From positions 2,046,001 to 2,110,000 of the forward strand of contig NC_087263.1 of assembly GCF_037042905.1 (NCBI RefSeq): a stretch of DNA of 64,000 nucleotides, given 5' to 3'. Every line of letters begins with the position of its first letter. Position 1 is the stretch's first letter. This DNA is from Lytechinus pictus (taxonomy: Eukaryota). Shown here piece by piece: positions 38,501 through 50,580 of this stretch. The notes beneath the pieces were generated by a model. That model saw nothing but the letters and a program-made list of their open reading frames with translations, ran no database searches and was not told where the DNA came from. The translations under genes were made by a program, and so were the position numbers.

Positions 38501-41500
38501 TCTGTAAGAACTCCCTAATTCGTAAGAACTGTCAGATTCATTCGAGCGCATCGTTCGTACGAATCTTCGTGACCATAGCTTACTTTGTGCTTAATCAGTC
38601 AAATGCAAGGATTTCAATTAGCGTAGAACAGCAGTCAGTGAAAATAAGTGTTTTGTTCACTTGTTAAAAAATCGCCATATTGTTATTTCATCCTTTACCT
38701 TGCATTCGATAGCCAATGATACAAGTTCGGGTTTATCATCTGCGTCGTAAAGGCCGCGGTTGATCCCCATGCTGACCGCTCTTTCAACCGCAGCGCGTTC
38801 CTCGGGAGAGCCTAAACATCGGAGAAACGAGGGGTAAAGCCTTGTAATTTTTATCTTAATTCATTGATTAATCTATTTATTCATTGTGATATTTATTTGT
38901 TTATTTATTTCTTACTTTATTATTTTGCATTCATTTATCATTTAATTCATTTATTATTTTGTCACGTTACTGTTTTGTCATGCTTGTGAAGATCGAATCA
39001 AGCTCAAATTTTCAATCATATATTCATCACAAATCGTCAAATTGATTTTTGATAAGGCAACGGGCGAATACTGTAAAACCATTGAGAAAGACGCTCAAAA
39101 CTTTTGAAGTCCATCCTAAAATTATGGGAAGCCGAATATTGTAAAAATTTTGTTTAAATTCATGTTCCATATTGTAATAAGTGCACTTTCGTCATGCTAT
39201 ATAATAACGAAAAAAAAAAACATTTCTTTGTCATTCCTTAACAGTTGAACAGATGAGCTGATAAAAGCAACATGCCACGGTCATGACGGTTAGAGATTTG
39301 TATCACAATAAGCTTTCTTTAATTAAACCAATACTTGAGACCAGAGCACCGAATGAATTTTGCAGCTCCCATATGATTCGTACAGGGACATCCCCGCTCT
39401 AACAGGCTATGGTTTAATCAAACCCAGGTTCACAATAATAGCGTTTCTGAATCCCGGATTGCTCAATGATTTGTCTGAAGGCAAATGTGAAGATAAATGA
39501 TGGTAAACTGCCGATAGTCTATTGCCAACTCGTCCACTCATCGCATGGTCTAACTGCATTTAGTCTAATGCCATTCAGTCCATCAACATTTCGTCTAACA
39601 GCCATTTGGTCCAATAACCATAATCACTTCGTTTTATCACCAATTCGTCTATAAACATTTCGTCTAATAGCCAGTTGGTCTAATACCCATTTTATTTTAA
39701 TTAATTTTGCCTATTAACACTTATTCCAGTTAGACCGAATGGTATAGAGACTAAATGGCTATTGGACCAATGCGTTATCAGACGAAATGGTAATTACATG
39801 TGGATAGTGGACACGCATGATACCCATTTTGTCAATGGAAGTGCCCCCCCCCCCCCCGCCAGGGATTATACCTTCTGAATATTTGTAGTCCAGTGTGACG
39901 TCATTTCTCTCAGCATACCTAAGATCGGGATCGGATCCTACTTTCAACGTACTAATCTTCTTGCCCACGGTGTTTCTGTGACGTGACAGTAGCGTGTAGA
40001 TTAATGAGTGCCGATGAGTCCGGTACGGGGTCACGAGCCATCTTGCCTCGTCAGCATTCACCTCAGCGAAAACAAATCTTGAAGTGAGAGGAAATAGAAA
40101 GACTGATGATGATTCAGTGTGATCGACACAGTAAATTGCCAATTCGTCTACTGCCAACTCGTCCACTCACCAAATGGTCTACTTTCATTTAGTCTAATGC
40201 CATTCCGTCCACCAACATTTCGTCTAACAACCATTTGGTCCAAGAACCATTTGGTCAAATCATCACATCGTCTAATCACCTTTTCCTCTAAGACCATTTC
40301 GTCTCACAACCAGTGAATACTTGCATTTCTAGGAATACGCAAGAAGACGAAATCAAGATACATAAAACGAATGTCAAAGTCAAAATGAATATAGAACAGT
40401 GGTGTGAGTTTGTGATAGAATGTAACGGTAAACTTAGCTTAAGTACGAAAATGATTTAGAGAGCCATGACAATAGGGAGTATTAGCTTTCACCAAGCACG
40501 ACGGATTCAAGAACATAGAAAATGAATTGCCAAATGCCCTTCATGGCAAAGCACAGCCATTAAGTCTTTATCGAAAATCGGTGAATCAAAACCGCAGTTT
40601 CGGACAACCATGACATACTTGTAAGTTTTCGTCAGATCCGAAACTTAGGACAAACTGTTGTTCTTGTCACTTTACGGGCATTTTAAATACAGATACTTTG
40701 TTCTTGAATCTGTCCCTGTTGCAGTTGCAACAACTCTCTACTGATGCTCATCTAAAAGGGGAAATTGCTGATTCTTCCACTGCCAACTCGTCTACTCACC
40801 ACATGGTCTACCTACATTTAGTCTAATGCCATTCCGTCCATATCAACATTCGTCTAACAACCATTTGGTCCAATCATCACTTCGTCTAATCACCAGTTCG
40901 TCTATGACGATTTTGTCTCATAACCAGTTGGTCTAATATTGGTTTTACTTTCATTCATTTTGCCCAATTAGACCTAGTCTCAGAGCAAATTTTTATTGGG
41001 CCAACTGGTTATTCGACGAAATGGTGAGTGGACGAAATTGCAATTAGACAATGTGGATATTGGACGAGCTGATGGTAGACCAAATGATAGTAGACGAGTT
41101 GGCAATTGGACGAATTGGCATTGGACGAAATGAAAATAAACCATTTAAAGGAACTGTGTATTTTGAGCATGGTGGGGTTGCTTACCCTGAATCATAAGGT
41201 ATGTCCACGATTCCGCGTTTTATCGCCTTTACTGGGGCCGGACCGCACTGGTATATACCTAAAAGATATATGTTTATATATATTTATTTACATATTTTTA
41301 GACAACGTAAAAAAAGTGAACAATGAAACATCCAACGATTACATAGAGTAAAAAAAAAAGCACTGAAATATGTGACGGGTTATTATAATAATGATATACA
41401 GACATCATGGACATGACAGAGGGCATTCGGCAGCTTGCAACTTCCAGAGCAGCTCAAATCGCCACTATTTCCCCCTCTCTATCTTCTGTATACTCGCCCC

Positions 41501-44500
41501 TTAAAGGTACAGCAGACTTGGTACAGTGGAATGGGAAAAATCCTCTGTACTTAAAATAATGTTCATGATTGATGTGCCTATTTGCATTCCCGGGCTGATT
41601 TTATACATACGCATGCAAGAGTGATTATATCGCGTGGATTTTACTTCCACCCTTTGATAATTCGACAACGGCGACCTAAACCACTGCTGTTGCTGCACCA
41701 ACAAAATATTGAAATACAATCATGACAATGAATACCACTCCATATAAAGGAACGGTGATCCTAAATGGCGCGATGGCAAGATACTAGGTAGATTTCGCAT
41801 TTACTTCGGGGAAACTCTCTACAACGCATCGATTCCTTTGAAAATGTAATTAAAATCACAATGGAGAGCTGAAAAGCTTTTGTCGAAAGTTGGCTTCCTG
41901 GGGCAGATCATCCGAAGATTTGCACCGGACGAACACTTGCAAATATGTCTTTGTCTAGAGTCAAGAGATTCATATGCTGTCCCAGTCCACCAACTTTCGA
42001 TACAAACCACTCAACTCTCCGTTGTGATTTAACTTGCATTTTAAAAGGGATTGGTGCGTTGAGAGTTTCTCCGTAGTAAATGCGAAAAGTCCAGAGTATA
42101 TCATAAGAAAGTATGGAGTTTCCGCACCATGACGTACGTCGGATTGAAGAACGAAGAAAATCTACATGTATTGTCAAATGCCCTTCATCAAGAGCAACCA
42201 AGAAATCTTTGTCGAAATTTGGTAAATCATATAAGCAGTTTCGTTCTTGACTCTAGGCTAAAACAATTTTCGTCAGCTCCGAAAATTAGGACGAAGCTAC
42301 TGTTCCGGTTCAGCACTTTACGACAAATAACTTTTTCACTGTCTTTGTCATTTGGCGCTTGTTCTCAGTACATTTACATTTTTCTTGAAACCGTTGTACA
42401 TCGCGAAGCAAAAACTCTGCAAGTCGACGGTGTGAAAGGGGTCTAGCCAAGTAGGCGTTTATGTGTCGTCATGGTGAATTGGCATTGTCGCAGAGATGAT
42501 ATTGAGTCAGAGACTTAGAGCGAGAAGCGTTATTTCGGCATATTCGGTATGCCAACTTACAAATTCATTTTTGGCGATATGATGCACCTACTGAGTTGAC
42601 TTGATTAAACCAATATCTTGCCATATCATCAATGCCATCTTAAACAATAATGCCAATAAGCCATGGTGACGCTTCGTGAACCAAAGAAATGAATCACATA
42701 CCACCGCTCATCTCTTGTGGAGTTGAATCGACGACTTGCCAGCCGTCAAAGTCTTCGTCTAGCCCATGCAGGTCTTTTCTCGTCATCCATGATTCGTTCC
42801 AAACGTGGAAATTCCAGATAGAATCCCTCCCAGTCCTTTCGCCATCGTTTCCACTCCGACCGTAGAAAAATTCATCCTTCAGCGACTTCCCCTTGCTGTC
42901 CACGTACTCGTCTATCGTCTTGTTCCTCTCGGTGTCATGGGCAGAGTCAAAGTTGGTGACGCTACGGGTTGGTATCCCAACGCAGCGAAGGAACGTGGTA
43001 AGGAGTCCTGAGAAAACCCAGCATTGGCCGTATCTGTGAACATACAGAAGTAGGTTTTTCATAAGATATCTTTTTAGCAAGTATGAAACTGTAACATCTA
43101 TATCAAACAGACTGGTTCGTAATCTGCTTTCTATTGAAAGCCACAGTATTGCTGGCCACCAAGCACATATAAAGTGTGGTTATAACTTTATTTGTAAAAA
43201 ATCTTGAAAATTATACATACATAGGACTAAATGTGATGCTATGAGCTGAGCGTTCATGCGGATTTAATTTTCCATGAATTTTCACCCAGGGATTGTGACA
43301 TTTTTTTTTAGAATGACACATCCATGCCTATGGTACTGAGAACCAATACATTTGTGTGTAGTATTGGATTTTGTAGCTCGAGTGAAACAAGTTAATATTA
43401 CAAGATGTAAAGTTAGATAAAAGGCGAGATACAAGAGTTTCCTTGACAACACTTTTTTTCCGGATTGCTAAGTTTTGAGTGAACCCAAAATTCATACTTG
43501 CTTTCCCGTTATTCTTGAAAGCTCTCGCGGAATTTTTTTTCTACTTTCAATAAAGCATTTGTGTCGGTCATCATTATTGACCAGTGGGTGTTTCCTAAAG
43601 CTGTTCCAAAAGTTACGAACATCGTTACGCACGACTGGAACATGTTCTTAGGTCATAAACTCAATTACATATGGATATCACATAGCACAAGAAAGTATCA
43701 CCAGTCGTGCGTAAAGTCATTCGTATCTTACGAACAGCTTTATGAAACACCCACCAGTTCTTACAAGTTACATATCATTTTAAAGCTAAGGGTATTTCTT
43801 TTCAAGCTTGATGAAAATGTCGGGGGAATTGTTGGTTTTGAGATGGCTTTTAATACATGCTAGTGATATTGGTAGGTAAAACACAACTTAATCAGACAGC
43901 CGTTAATGTGTGTCAGATATTTGTTTCAATGAAGGGGAGGAATAAGCACTCGGCCACTCCAACCGATCTGCCCTTTCCTTTTTTCAGTCCACGTTCACCG
44001 ATCAGTATAATCATATATACATGTAATTTCAAGCGAGTACGGGCAAAATGGTTACAATGCCGTTAGTAAGGAATTTGTCCTAAAGATAATGTCTTGAAAG
44101 CTCCTACTGAGACGAATATGAGAATTGTAAGCCCTAATCGCAGTAATAGCTAAGTAAAGAAAGTCCTATTTTGTTTCATTCCAATTCATATCCTTATATA
44201 TAATGTCTTGCCCCTGGTCTAAAATCGTGCGTTACACTATTAAATACATCAAAATCAAACAAAGAACATTCAAGCGTGCATTTGCTTCTGTAGGAGCCTA
44301 TCCCCCCTTTTTTTTTTGGGGGGGGGGTAAACTAAAGAAGGAGTGTACTCTTACTTAACGGGTTCTTTGGTGTTTCCATACTCTTCAATTATCCTCACAC
44401 TGCCTGTCCATCTAGTGGGACGCGTACCACCCTCGTAATTGCCACTCCAGTTTCCTAATAAGACCTTCGCATAGATGATATTGGTGAACCACCTTGACAC

Positions 44501-46697
44501 CCTGGCCGCACTTTCCCTGTCTTGGGGAAGTCGTATCTCCTCCTCCATGAGCTCAAGGACCACTCGATAGACGTCAATGTCAAATTGTCCAAATGTCCAA
44601 GCCGTTGATCGGTTGCTAAACGCACTGCCTCTCCAAATCGCCCCGGTGTCTGCCATGACGTATTCTTCTCGCTCGGCCCTGTTTTCCATATACACTGTAT
44701 CCTTTTCGCACCAAGGGTTGAAGAGAACTATGATGTTTTTATCTTGAGGGAATAACCTCTCAATTCGACTCGCACGACTTTCCACCTTGACAAAGAACTT
44801 ATATGTCCCGACAATGGCATTGGGGGCGCTGTTCACCATGACCTTGATGGAGTTGCCTTCGGCTGACTCCAGCTTTGCGCTCCAGCTGCCCTCTTTGTAC
44901 GTGCCTTCGATGTCCAAATCGATAAGAGTGCCATCCATTGGCCGGGGGGTCTTGACTGCAAGAAAATCAACATAGACTTCACATCAGATATTTTTTAACA
45001 ATTGGGCATCGTGCATTAAACCATAGACAGTTTCTTTTAATATCACAATCGCTTATATTTTTTGATCACCCCTCCATTTGCAAGCGCTCTCACATTATCG
45101 ATCTTTAAGTACCCTCTTCTCTCCTTGTTACCTTTTTTACATTTCCTCACTTTATGTCCACTGTTTATTCGTGTTTAACCCTTTGGACTTTTGTAAATTT
45201 TTAGATATTTTCATTGAGTATTACATCAATCATAAATAACGTAAAAAGGAAGAAAGTTATGGCGTTATATAGTTTTACTACAATCCCATAACAGGATATA
45301 CGCAGCAAACATTATATTCAAATAAGTAAACGGTAATATTACCGTCTATACGTATTCATGTTGTTTGTATACCGCCATACGCTAACTATTTTCGTGTACT
45401 GTTTCGTCTGAATTAAGATGTATTTCATTTTCTCCAGAAGATGTTGTAATTATGAAATTGACTGATATCGTCATGACACCATTGTAATCTTAATTCAATG
45501 CAATAAAGGCTATCTTTATATTTATAAAAATCTTGGAACAAAATGAATGGTGTTTGTGTGTCTGCACGTACCACTTGCAACGGTAAACTGAAGGAACAGC
45601 CTTTCCCTCTTTGGCTTGAAAGGCCTGTTGAGATGGAGGTCGATTTGAAACTCCTGACCGCGTCTTAAGATGACGCCTATAGATTCGTCATTTTCGTACT
45701 CATCGGTGTGATGCATGGAACCATTGGAATTACGCTATAAATGAACGAAATGGGAGAAGAATAAACATCAATTTCAATTACTGTCATTTATGGAACGCAT
45801 ATCGAATAGGTGAGCAAGAACAATTCATGAACAAGAAGAAGTAAGCGAATCTGGCCAATTAATTCACAAGCGTGATAGACTGTCATCTGGAATGAATAAT
45901 GAATAAACACATTAGTGACATTTCCATATAGCTTCTTCTTGTTTAAAAACATTTTAGGAGGAGTTTATCAATTTCTTTCCGTGACACTGGAATCCCATAT
46001 TAACACCTCAGTTACATGTATATAGGTATAGCTTTATCTTATATGTCAAACTGTTCAATTGGTCAAAACCTTACATTGAGATCGACATCGGTGACCTTGA
46101 GGGATGATATCCGAGGTGCGGGGGGATGTTCTCCGCTAGAATTACCCCTATTGGTTGGTATTCCTGTATCAAAAACAACATTTAGAAGAACTATAATTTA
46201 TTCACAAAAAACGAAATTGACAGTAATGGTGTAAATACGAGGAGCAAATATTCCTAGTTATGAATTTGAATCGGTGTTTAGATTCATTGGCGTTCGTGAC
46301 AACCTAGTAAAGAGCATTGCAAACATTTCAGGTTTCAAGAAAATGTAACTTGTCTATAGGTGTGAAATTCAATCAACAATGATTGAAAATCTCCCTCCCA
46401 TGAGTGGATTATTCACTCGTAATTTTTTAAGATAGTACCTGATCCACCGGCTCCTGCTGCGGCATCTTCTCCTCCTTCTGGTACAGGACTTTCGTCAACA
46501 TCCTCCTCCTCAAGCTCTTCTGGCGGTGGGAGACTGTTTATCCAATTGCGAAGCCACTCTGAAAAAAGATCATCGGTTGAACGCCCTCCTGGCCCTCCTC
46601 CTCCTCGGACACTGTCAGTTCTTCCGTCACTCCTCACTCCTCCTCCTGTTCCTCCTCTTGCACTGCCTCTCCCTCCCCTGCTTGTACCGGTACCCAT
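35585..46697 (-). CDS. TGM: Transglutaminase TG-B, 12 coding exons, 811 aa
   Basis: Exons 46697-46439, 46163-46075, 45734-45572, 44955-44355, 43033-42702, 41258-41186, 40077-39872, 38811-38699, 37702-37591, 37304-37147, 36845-36652, 35720-35585. Total 2436 nt, in phase. Motifs [45 protein letters not shown]. Confidence 0.95.
41792..42089. mobile_element. Second copy of the 300-bp foldback MITE (TG-B intron)
   Basis: Collinear reverse complement of 17984-18286. Confidence 0.85.
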
Positions 46698-47319
46698 ACT
46701 GAAATTGAAAAAAGCATCAGAGCTCAAGAGTATGATATAGTGTTTGTGTATATATATATATTTATAGGCCTATAATAACAAGCAATATTCACAATCAAAT
46801 GAAAGTTTCTCTGCATTGGTGAAATGAGGTTTTTTTCTTAAAGGTTTCTTCTTACACAATCATCTAGTGAATGAATATCAAAAAAGTATTTACCTGCCTA
46901 GCACCTTCCCTGATGTTTTCGTCAAATTATGAGAGAAAGAAAGACATTTCATGAAGTTTTGAAATAAGTTTGTTTTAAATGAATGTTTTACAGCTTAAAT
47001 TTCACGATTTCACAACGTTAAGTTAATGTAACTTTGGCAAAAACAAGCTGCTGAAAACAGCTTATCTAATAAAAGAGAGCCAATGGAGTAGATTAGAAAG
47101 TCAAAAGGGGCCTAAGCTTTCGATCCTAGCAGAATCTTCGTCGGAGGCATAATGTAACTTTACCAGATCTAGATCCAAGATGGCAGTAACTTTTCAGCTC
47201 TATGCCTATTTGACGTTTCTCTAATTATTCTAATAAACTCTTCTTGGGATGGAGTTTCCCTCTAAACATGCTAAACCTCATCTTGGAACTTACGGTGGCG
47301 TTTGAGAGTGGGTCTAATC

Positions 47320-47980
47320 ATGGACCTATTACAAATACCCCATGGACATCGACCTGGACATCCCAACCCTTCGGACATCAACCCTCCGCACATCTACATG
47401 TTTTTCTCTGGACATCCATCCTCCGGACAATTAGGGCCTACCCCTAGGGTGATATTCTAGGATAAGTACCCCTTAGGACAACTACTCTAAATGATAAATT
47501 CCCCCAGGCATGATTCACCCCGGATAATTTAACCTCGGACATTTACCATGGACAGCTCGTCCATGGTCTAATAGTGTTCGGATGTTTCGACTGTGGTTTG
47601 ACCATGGACCTATTACCATGCACACGAGGGTAGACAATGGTAGGTGTCAGGGGAAAGCTGTCCTAAAATATCACCCTAGGGGTAGGCCCTAATTGTCCGG
47701 AGGATGGATGTCCAGAGAAAACATGTAGATGTGCGGAGGGTGGATATCCGAAGGGTCGGGATGTCCAGGTCGATGTCCAGGGGGTATAGGTCCTGGGGTA
47801 GATGACCGGGTTAGATGTCCGATGATGGATGTCCAGGGATGGCTGTCCAAGGGGTAGATATCCTGCGGGGCCGTAATCCTATATAGGGCCTAGGGTGATT
47901 GTCCTACTAGGGTTTACTTATCCTAGTTACCCTACCTTGTCCAGAGGGTGGATGCCCAGGGGTAGATGTCCTAGAACCGT
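47320..47980. repeat. GGACAT/CCC-subrepeat element with an internal inverted repeat of about 128 bp, upstream of the TG-B ATG exon
   Basis: 47335-47462 is the reverse complement of 47661-47787; subrepeats continue to about 47980. Confidence 0.8.
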
Positions 47981-48479
47981 TCGGCAGGGCACCACGTACT
48001 GTACACACACACACACTACCCCGCACACACGAGCACATCCTAGCACACTGCCAACATACACCTGCTCACACACACACACACCTCCACACACACACCCATT
48101 AATTTACTATCGCTGACACACAAACACACGCACACTCACTTCATCGAAGAAGACGCGCACACATATTTGAAAGGCACCTCCAGAACTTGTGTTCGTAAAT
48201 AATTTGTGTTCAAATACATGCTTGCTTTGTGAAAAGTTCCATAAAAATTGCATACGGTAAAATGAAAACATTTCCCTACACAATTATCATTCAAGTTGGA
48301 GTAGATGTATATATTTAAAAAAAAACTTACATTGCACTCCCAGACAAAATCCCGCAGAACGCTCACTATTCCACAGTCGTTTGTTTATCAAAATAAAATC
48401 AGGAGGTCACGTGCACTAAGTAGATAATGTATGATAGCTAACACATTAGTCCACCCACGATGCCTTTACTTGATGTTAA

Positions 48480-48668
48480 GCGCAGCTGCTATATGAAACA
48501 AACCCTATCCAAAAATATACCTTTCCGATCTATACAATATATGCCATTATCAATAATAACCTTTCAATTTGTTCATAATGGCGAAGGCCGATTCGCCACA
48601 AACATCAAGTTCATTTAGATTGTTGCTATGAATGCGCGTCCCCGTTGCCAAGTGTAGATGGAAGACTC
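48480..48668 (-). promoter_or_regulatory. Putative TG-B promoter: conserved element with RFX X-box-like sites and a TATAGCAG box
   Basis: Aligns in inverted orientation to 50373-50580. 48591-48656 is 58/66 identical to the TG-C copy. GTTGCT at 48622 and GTTGCC at 48644. Candidate 5'UTR donor (gtaagt, minus strand) at 48330. Confidence 0.65.
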
Positions 48669-49737
48669 GGGCTGATTAGCCTAACTGAATACATCACATT
48701 ATTATTATTTCATGCCAGCAGTCTGATGTTACTGTATGTTATCACGTGGGACGGGGGTATGTGTATGTGCCGAGTGAATGGGGGAGATTTTCACTGGAAT
48801 AATATATTATATCTCTACTGATATATAATAAATATGGTTAGGAAGATATAATGATAGTAAAACCATATTAGCGAGCGAGAATCTAGATAGGGGTCTCTTG
48901 GGGGTACGACGTGTCCCCATTCATACTAAAGTGGTACCCTGCACACAATATATACACCCCCCCTTGAAGCAATCATCTTAATTGATCCCTGCAATAATAA
49001 TAATAATAATTATATAGGGTATTTATATTGCGCACATATCCACCTTGTTATGTGCTCAAGGCGCTCCTATATTACCCGGCTAAGCTGTATTGAGTAAGCA
49101 CCCATTTTGTTCATGGTGATAGGATGGTATGGGATCAGAGAGAGAGAGAGAGGAAGAGAGAGAGAGAGAGAGAGGGGGGGGGAGAAGGGAGAAAGATCAT
49201 ATCTATCTATAAACATATTGACTTTCGACAATACATTACCATGGTGCAAGGTCATATAACCTGAATAAACACAATAATATTCAGAAGCTGTCTTACCCTT
49301 CGATTACTATACGTGATATAGGCACAGCAGCGATGGTATCACCCCCCTGAAGTGTATGCATCCATTTCTAAGCGCCCCCCCCCCTCTCCCGTCCATGCAG
49401 GGTCTGAATACATTTGGTAGGCCTATACATGTATTATGGATATCAGGAAACCCCGATTCGAAACGAACTTATCTATTATTAGAGAAGTCCTTTATCCGTC
49501 TCTCATCATATTTCTAGGTTAGAAACATGAAAGACAATAGCTTTAATATAAATCGCTCATCAACCCCCCCCCCCCCACTCACCCCTCTCTTTGTCTGGAT
49601 ATCCTAATTCTTACTCCCATCTCTGTGCTACTATTGCTTTTATTTTACCCTCCTCCCCTTCCCCTCATCTCCCCCTCTGTCTCTTGGTCTCTCTTCTCTG
49701 CCAATAAATTGTCCTTCAGAGTTATTATCCCCATACC

Positions 49738-49980
49738 ACTGGCGGATCCAGGCCGGCCCGTGCCCCCTCCCCCCCTTTGAGAAGCAAAATTAAAATTTGT
49801 GATGTAAAAATGTCATTTGAACAGAGGTGTTTCCCTCTTTTTCTTTGCTTGTCAATTTTTTCGGGTACGAAGTAATCTTAATTTTTTGTTAACCTTTATT
49901 CTATTTATTCTGGGGGGCTTGTCAAAATTTTCCTCCGAAAAAATGGGTCCCCATTTTGGAAAATCCTGGATCCGCCCCTG
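49738..49980. mobile_element. GGCGGATCCAGG-terminated MITE
   Basis: CTGGCGGATCCAGG...CCTGGATCCGCCCCTG. Another copy at 29882-30143. Confidence 0.7.
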
Positions 49981-50372
49981 CCCCATACCCTTACCTATCA
50001 TTCTCAAACTATAACATATCAAACACCATTTCACTAATTCTCTTCAGTTTTCATCAGAAGGCTTCTATTTTTGACTCATTACATCTCTTGCACACTATCC
50101 CGGACCAACTACCATCCATCTCCACTGTTTCTCCGTGTACAATACTCACTCACACACTATACCTTCTTCCAGGGTTTTGATGTTGTGGCTGTTGCTGTTG
50201 TTAATTAATCTTTGAATGTTACCCCTGGCCCACCCCCCACCCCCCCCCCCCCCCCCCCCATCCTCCAGGCTGTAATACCCAGCATGCACGTGATCTCTCT
50301 CGCGTGATGCCTTAGCCCTGACAGGACAAAATCTAATGTTATGATTCACTCATTGTCGTCTGCGTCTATTCT

Positions 50373-50580
50373 GAGGCTCCCCCAATTACACTTCGCAACG
50401 GGGACGCGCTTCCATAGCAACAACCCAAATGAACTTGGTGTTGGTAGCGAATGCGTTTTTTTTTTTCGCCAATGTGCACAAATTGAACGCTCATATTGAT
50501 AATGATAGCATTGATTGTATGAGCGAGAATTGTTTTTTTTTTTCATATCAGGTTTTATGTTGTATTATAGCAGGTGAACT
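50373..50580 (+). promoter_or_regulatory. Putative TG-C promoter: paralogous copy of the TG-B element
   Basis: Reverse complement reads TTGTTGCTATGGAAGCGCGTCCCCGTTGCGAAGTGTA. TATTATAGCAGGTG near 50563. Candidate non-coding first exon ending at the donor gtaagt at 50740. Confidence 0.65.

Noticed and set aside
48668-50373. Single bidirectional promoter for TG-B and TG-C
   Set aside because: Each gene has its own copy of the conserved element, separated by about 1.7 kb of repeat-rich DNA.
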